Shown here one piece after another: positions 59,453 to 64,000 of a stretch of DNA of 64,000 nucleotides; position 1 is the first letter of the stretch; every line of letters starts with the position of its first letter. The position numbers were made by a program, and so were the translations under genes. Below the pieces are notes generated by a model that saw only the letters and a program-made list of their open reading frames with translations, did no database searches and was not told the origin of the DNA. The DNA lies in NCBI GenBank assembly GCA_964510655.1, contig CAZEAY010000001.1, forward strand, positions 99,302 to 163,301. Reading direction: 5' to 3'. This stretch comes from an uncultured Candidatus Saccharibacteria bacterium (GTDB taxonomy: Bacteria > Patescibacteriota > Minisyncoccia > Phycocordibacterales > XYD1-FULL-46-19).

Positions 59453-60829
59453 ATGTACGATTTGTCATCGGAAGAGGATAAATTAAGAAAGACCAGAGAT
59501 CTGTCTGTTAAGGAGAGTGCCGCCACCGCGGTTATGAGTGGAGCGGCCGATTCATACGTTGCCCCCTTTGCTATCGAGTTGGGATCCAATAATTTTCAAA
59601 TCGGTTTACTTACTAGTTTAAATGCCCTAGTTAGTCCGATTATTCAGATTTTCGGCAGTCGTTTGATGGAAAAATTTAATCGTCGAACAATTGCTTTCAC
59701 TGCCATTGTATTGCAATCAACAGCCCTGTTGGGTTTTGTTTTGATTGGTCTAGCTTTCTTGTGGCAGCCCAGATTATTTTCTTGGCCAGTTATTTTTATT
59801 GTTGCTTATATTATTTATGGTCTATCGGGTTCGTTTGGTGGTCCGGCGTGGTTTTCGATGATTGGAGACGCGGTCCCAGAAAATATTCGGGGACGTTATT
59901 TTGCCCGTCGAAATCGAGTAGCAAATTATGTCAATATTGGAGTGACACTAACGGGGGCACTTTTTCTTTATTATCTTAAGGCTTCGGGCTATTTAATTGC
60001 TGGTTTTGTGACCCTTTTTGCGATCGCTAGTCTGGGACGTTTTTTAGCGGCCCTGCTTATTAAAAAGCATTATGCAGCTGATATTACCTTTGATAAAAGT
60101 TACTATTTTTCTTTTTGGCGGTTTATCCGTTTAGCGCCAACTAATAATTTTGGGAAATTTACAATTTATGTGGCCCTCACTAATCTCGCGGTAAACATTG
60201 CTAATCCATTTTTTGCGGTTTATATGTGGAAAAATTTAGCTCTTAATCCTGTTTGGTTTATGGCTGTTTCTATTTCGACCACATTCTATTCAGCTCTTTC
60301 TATGAAACCTTGGGGTAAATTTGCCGACAAATATGGTAATAAAGAATTGCTACGAATTAGTTGGATTTTGTTTGGTTTTGCTCCGCTTTTTTGGATTTTC
60401 TCTTCCCATCCGGTTTATTTAATTTTAGTTCCGCAGCTCTTGATGGGAGTAGGTTGGGCTGGTTTTGCTTTAGCTACCTCTAATTTTATTTATGACAATG
60501 TCACGTCTCCTCGTCGTGGTATCGTGGTGGCTTATTATAATTTAATTAATGGATTTGGGGTGTTTTTGGGGGCAACGGTAGGCGGGTTAATATCTCAATA
60601 TCTATCTCTCTCGTTTATAAATATTTTATTTGTTCTATTTATCTTATCGGCGGTGTTGCGGGTGCTTGTTTCGATATTGTTCTTGCCTAAACTTAAAGAG
60701 GTCAGAAATGAAATACTACCAGCTGAATCCAACCCTCTTAAGTATTTTACGAAGATAAATTACCTACCTGACTATATGGGGCTTTGGCTTAGTTATCACC
60801 GAAAAAATCATCAAAAGAAAAGGGAATAG
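59453..60829 (+). CDS. MFS transporter
   Basis: About 12 hydrophobic segments, motif A 'WGKFADKYG.K'. Confidence 0.88.
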   Translation: MYDLSSEEDKLRKTRDLSVKESAATAVMSGAADSYVAPFAIELGSNNFQIGLLTSLNALVSPIIQIFGSRLMEKFNRRTIAFTAIVLQSTALLGFVLIGLAFLWQPRLFSWPVIFIVAYIIYGLSGSFGGPAWFSMIGDAVPENIRGRYFARRNRVANYVNIGVTLTGALFLYYLKASGYLIAGFVTLFAIASLGRFLAALLIKKHYAADITFDKSYYFSFWRFIRLAPTNNFGKFTIYVALTNLAVNIANPFFAVYMWKNLALNPVWFMAVSISTTFYSALSMKPWGKFADKYGNKELLRISWILFGFAPLFWIFSSHPVYLILVPQLLMGVGWAGFALATSNFIYDNVTSPRRGIVVAYYNLINGFGVFLGATVGGLISQYLSLSFINILFVLFILSAVLRVLVSILFLPKLKEVRNEILPAESNPLKYFTKINYLPDYMGLWLSYHRKNHQKKRE

Positions 60830-60900
60830 TCCTTGGAGTTTTACTCCTTTAAGTTATAATACGAGCTAGTTTGATCTGTTAGACAGTGGAGGTGTTTACT

Positions 60901-61035
60901 ATGAACATTTTTAAGTTCTTTGTGTCCATAAAGGCCTGGTGTGTACGAAAGTACTATCACTATGGCTGTAAGTTCGGCTTTTATCACTGTAAAATTGGTC
61001 GTTCGCCTAAGGCGAAATCTGAGGACTCATCGTGA
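60901..61035 (+). CDS. 44-aa basic peptide (ORFan cassette), below the ORF-track cutoff
   Basis: TATAAT at 60855, GGAGGTG SD at 60888, terminator AGGACTCATC/GATGGGTCCT overlapping the stop. Confidence 0.5.
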   Translation: MNIFKFFVSIKAWCVRKYYHYGCKFGFYHCKIGRSPKAKSEDSS

Positions 61036-61131
61036 GATGGGTCCTTTCTTTTTTATTGTAATTACTGTTGATTAATGATTTAATCATGGAAGAAATTTCA
61101 AATTCACACTTTGTCTGGGGGGGGGTGACTT

Positions 61132-61476
61132 ATGTCTGCAGCTTGGCCTATTGATCTCTTACGTCCTGAAGAGTATCAACGCCTTTTTGAGATCTTTCAG
61201 CCTGTCGGTGAATGCCCTGTTTGTCATGAGTCAGTTTTCCCGATTCCCATTTTGGAAAAGAGGGAGTTGCCGGCTACCGGTTGGGATGGGGTGGAAATGG
61301 AGGGTTGGCGTATGGTGGACGTCTACCCAGCTCCGTATCACGCCTGTCTTAGTTGCGGTGTTCTCTGTTTGCCAGCAGATAAACTGGAGGCACTAAGGGC
61401 TTTGCAGGTCGCCACCTCTTTTTACAATGAAAATCCCGAAAAGATTCCACCGCAGAATATTTCGGCATATCAGTAG
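61132..61476 (+). CDS. hypothetical zinc-ribbon protein (ORFan cassette)
   Basis: CPVC...CLSC, G-run RBS, terminator AGGGCTGACGG/CCGTTAGCCCT at about 61487-61520. Confidence 0.55.
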   Translation: MSAAWPIDLLRPEEYQRLFEIFQPVGECPVCHESVFPIPILEKRELPATGWDGVEMEGWRMVDVYPAPYHACLSCGVLCLPADKLEALRALQVATSFYNENPEKIPPQNISAYQ

Positions 61477-61614
61477 GTGGCGGATCAGGGCTGACGGTTT
61501 ACCGTTAGCCCTTTCTTTTTGCTTAATTTTGTATTATAATTTGAGTTAAATAAATTCGTAGTTAACCCCTAGGGTAAAACCTTAGGGCGTTTCGTGGTCT
61601 ATTTAAATAACCTT

Positions 61615-64000
61615 ATGAACGAAAAAACTATAAAAATTAAGGGGGCACGAACCCATAATCTTAAAAATATCGATCTAGAAATACCACGTGACAAAATGGT
61701 GGTTATTACGGGTTTGTCTGGTTCAGGCAAATCATCTTTGGCGTTTGATACTATTTTTGCTGAGGGTCAGCGTCGCTATGTGGAATCGTTGTCAGCTTAT
61801 GCTCGGCAATTTTTAAAGCAAATGCAAAAGCCTGATGTGGATGAAATCACCGGTCTTTCACCGGCCATTTCTATTGATCAAAAATCGCGTTCCCAAAATC
61901 CTCGTTCGACCGTGGCGACTATTACCGAAATATATGATTATTTGCGCGTTTTGTATGCGCGGGTTGGACATCCATTTTGTCCGGTCTGTGGAACGGAAAT
62001 TAAAAAACTTTCTAATGAGGAAATTGTTAATTTTACTAAGGCAAAAATTGCGGAAATTGAAAAAAATCCGGAATCGTCTGGGAAGATAATTGAAATTTAT
62101 GCTCCGCTCGTGCGTGGGCGAAAAGGTGAGTACTATCAAATGCTTTATGATTTGCTTGATAAGGGTTACCGTGAAATCCTTTTGGATGGAGTACGAAAAA
62201 AACTACGTGAGCGGATTTTAATGGCCAAGACTACTAAGCATGATATTGATGTTTTAGTTGATGAGATTGGAGTCAAGGAACTTACTTTTAAAGTGGAAAA
62301 GGCTAAGAGTAAAATTGGTCAATCGGTGGGGAAGGCTCTTGGTGATTCCGCCAATGAACGTTTGTCAGAATCGATTGAGCGCGCCTTGGGTGAGTCAGAG
62401 GGTTTAGTCCGAATTAAAATTGGTAACAATAGTTTTTTAATGTCGTCTAAATTTGCTTGTCCAGTCGATGGTTTTTCTTTTCCGGAAATCGAACCTCGTT
62501 TGTTTTCTTTTAATTCTCCTTATGGTGCTTGTCCCACCTGTCATGGTTTGGGCACCAAACATTTGTTTAGTACTGACCCCTGTGAAGACTGTCAGGGGAA
62601 ACGTCTTAGGACCGAAGCCCTTCATGTAAGAATCGGCGCGTCGCCTTCGTCTCAGACTTCGGCGGACCAGGGTAAAAATATTGTGGAGATTGCTCATTTG
62701 TCGATTACTCAGGCTAATGAGTTTTTTGCCAAAATTAAAATGACGGCTAAGGAAAAAGAAATTGTCTCGGTTGTTTTGCGTGAGATCGAGGCTCGTTTAA
62801 AATTTTTACTCGATGTTGGTCTTGATTATATTGCCCTGGATCGTCGAGCCGACACTCTCTCGGGTGGCGAAGCCCAGCGGATTCGTTTGGCCTCTCAGCT
62901 TGGTTCTCGCTTGGTGGGAACTCTGTATGTGTTAGATGAACCGACGATTGGCTTGCATCAGCGTGACAACGATAAATTGATTAAGACCCTAGAAGATCTA
63001 CGTGATTTAGGCAACACAATTATTGTGGTAGAACACGACGAAGACACGATTTTGGCTTCGGATTTTTTGGTGGATATTGGGCCGGGGGCCGGAGTCCATG
63101 GTGGAAAGGTGGTTGTGTCCGATGAAACTCACAAACTTTTAACGGCCAAGAAAAATACTTTTAATTCTCTAACCGTTGATTATTTACGTGGTGAACGAGT
63201 GGTGGAGTTGCCGGAGAAGAGACGTTCTAATGATAAAGGAACACTGCGAGTTCGCGGTGGAAAAATATTTAATATTAAAGATTTGAATGTCGATATTCCT
63301 TTGGGGCGATTAGTGGCGGTGACTGGCGTGTCTGGTTCCGGAAAGTCTTCGTTGGTTTATGAAATATTGTATAAAAATTTACAGGGGCGGTTGGAACGTC
63401 GCTATCGGACAAATAAAATTGAAAATTGTAGTGAATTTACTGGAACAGAATATTTAAGTCGGGTGATTATGATTGATCAGTCCGCCATTGGTCGTACTCC
63501 GCGTTCAAACCCGGCGACCTATACGGGCGCTTGGACTTTTGTTCGCGATTTGTTTGCGTCTAGTGAAATGGCCCGGGTAAGAGGTTGGAAACCGTCACGT
63601 TTCTCTTTTAACGTGAAAGGGGGGCGATGTGAAGCTTGTCAGGGCAATGGGATGGTGGCGGTGGAAATGCACTTTTTACCGACCGTCTATGTGGAATGTG
63701 ATATTTGCCATGGTCTTCGTTTCCAAAAAGAAACATTGGAAGTGAAATATAAAAATAAAAATATTTCTGATGTGCTTAATATGACCATTGAAGAAGCTCT
63801 CGCTTTCTTTAAAGATATTCCCCAAATCAATGACCGACTTAAAACTTTGAATGAAGTTGGTTTAGGCTATTTACGTCTTGGTCAATCGGCCACTACCCTG
63901 TCTGGTGGGGAAGCTCAGCGGGTAAAAATTTCGTCTGAACTGTATCGTCCGCACATAGAAAAGAGTATTTATATTTTAGATGAACCAACTGTCGGTTTAC
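61615..64000 (+). CDS. uvrA: excinuclease ABC subunit A (partial, runs off window end)
   Basis: [42 protein letters not shown], zinc fingers. Confidence 0.97.
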   Translation, partial: MNEKTIKIKGARTHNLKNIDLEIPRDKMVVITGLSGSGKSSLAFDTIFAEGQRRYVESLSAYARQFLKQMQKPDVDEITGLSPAISIDQKSRSQNPRSTVATITEIYDYLRVLYARVGHPFCPVCGTEIKKLSNEEIVNFTKAKIAEIEKNPESSGKIIEIYAPLVRGRKGEYYQMLYDLLDKGYREILLDGVRKKLRERILMAKTTKHDIDVLVDEIGVKELTFKVEKAKSKIGQSVGKALGDSANERLSESIERALGESEGLVRIKIGNNSFLMSSKFACPVDGFSFPEIEPRLFSFNSPYGACPTCHGLGTKHLFSTDPCEDCQGKRLRTEALHVRIGASPSSQTSADQGKNIVEIAHLSITQANEFFAKIKMTAKEKEIVSVVLREIEARLKFLLDVGLDYIALDRRADTLSGGEAQRIRLASQLGSRLVGTLYVLDEPTIGLHQRDNDKLIKTLEDLRDLGNTIIVVEHDEDTILASDFLVDIGPGAGVHGGKVVVSDETHKLLTAKKNTFNSLTVDYLRGERVVELPEKRRSNDKGTLRVRGGKIFNIKDLNVDIPLGRLVAVTGVSGSGKSSLVYEILYKNLQGRLERRYRTNKIENCSEFTGTEYLSRVIMIDQSAIGRTPRSNPATYTGAWTFVRDLFASSEMARVRGWKPSRFSFNVKGGRCEACQGNGMVAVEMHFLPTVYVECDICHGLRFQKETLEVKYKNKNISDVLNMTIEEALAFFKDIPQINDRLKTLNEVGLGYLRLGQSATTLSGGEAQRVKISSELYRPHIEKSIYILDEPTVGL
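62640..62667. repeat. REP-like hairpin in frame within uvrA
   Basis: GTCGCC-TTC-GTCTCAGAC-TTC-GGCGGAC, encodes SPSSQTSAD between 'LHVRIG' and 'GKNI'. Confidence 0.6.

Overview
A 64-kb chromosomal window that looks like a small-genome Patescibacteria (CPR, Parcubacteria-like) bacterium. This assignment is inferred from the tandem VirB2/TrbC-like pilins, short IF-2, membrane-anchored second Clp ATPase, ECF-sigma/MacAB-type operon and SD-poor core genes. Core genes include rbfA, infB, a cysteine desulfurase, sodA, clpB, rpmG, miaA, parB, a RelA/SpoT homologue, topA, dprA, serS, dus, dnaX, tgt, uvrB and a partial uvrA. There are 8 tRNAs (Leu x3, Lys, Cys, Tyr, Trp, Gln). The most striking unexplained signal is a family of 130-200 bp structured non-coding elements at the 3' ends of tRNA-Leu(TAA), tRNA-Tyr, tRNA-Leu(CAA) and a topA 3'-end copy. 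All four share one layout: host 3' end, hairpin, antisense copy of that host sequence, hairpins with tandem G.A internal loops, then a direct repeat of the host sequence starting 2-3 nt inside the antisense-paired segment. Other notable signals are displaced 3' stubs of topA and of a 2H-phosphoesterase gene, a LAGLIDADG gene whose stop codon lies in the tRNA-Tyr anticodon loop, in-frame REP-like hairpins in tgt/uvrA/uvrB, and a contrast between apparently leaderless core genes and SD-led ORFan cassettes. No CRISPR array, rRNA, integrase or transposase was seen. All product calls come from motif recognition by eye, not database searches.
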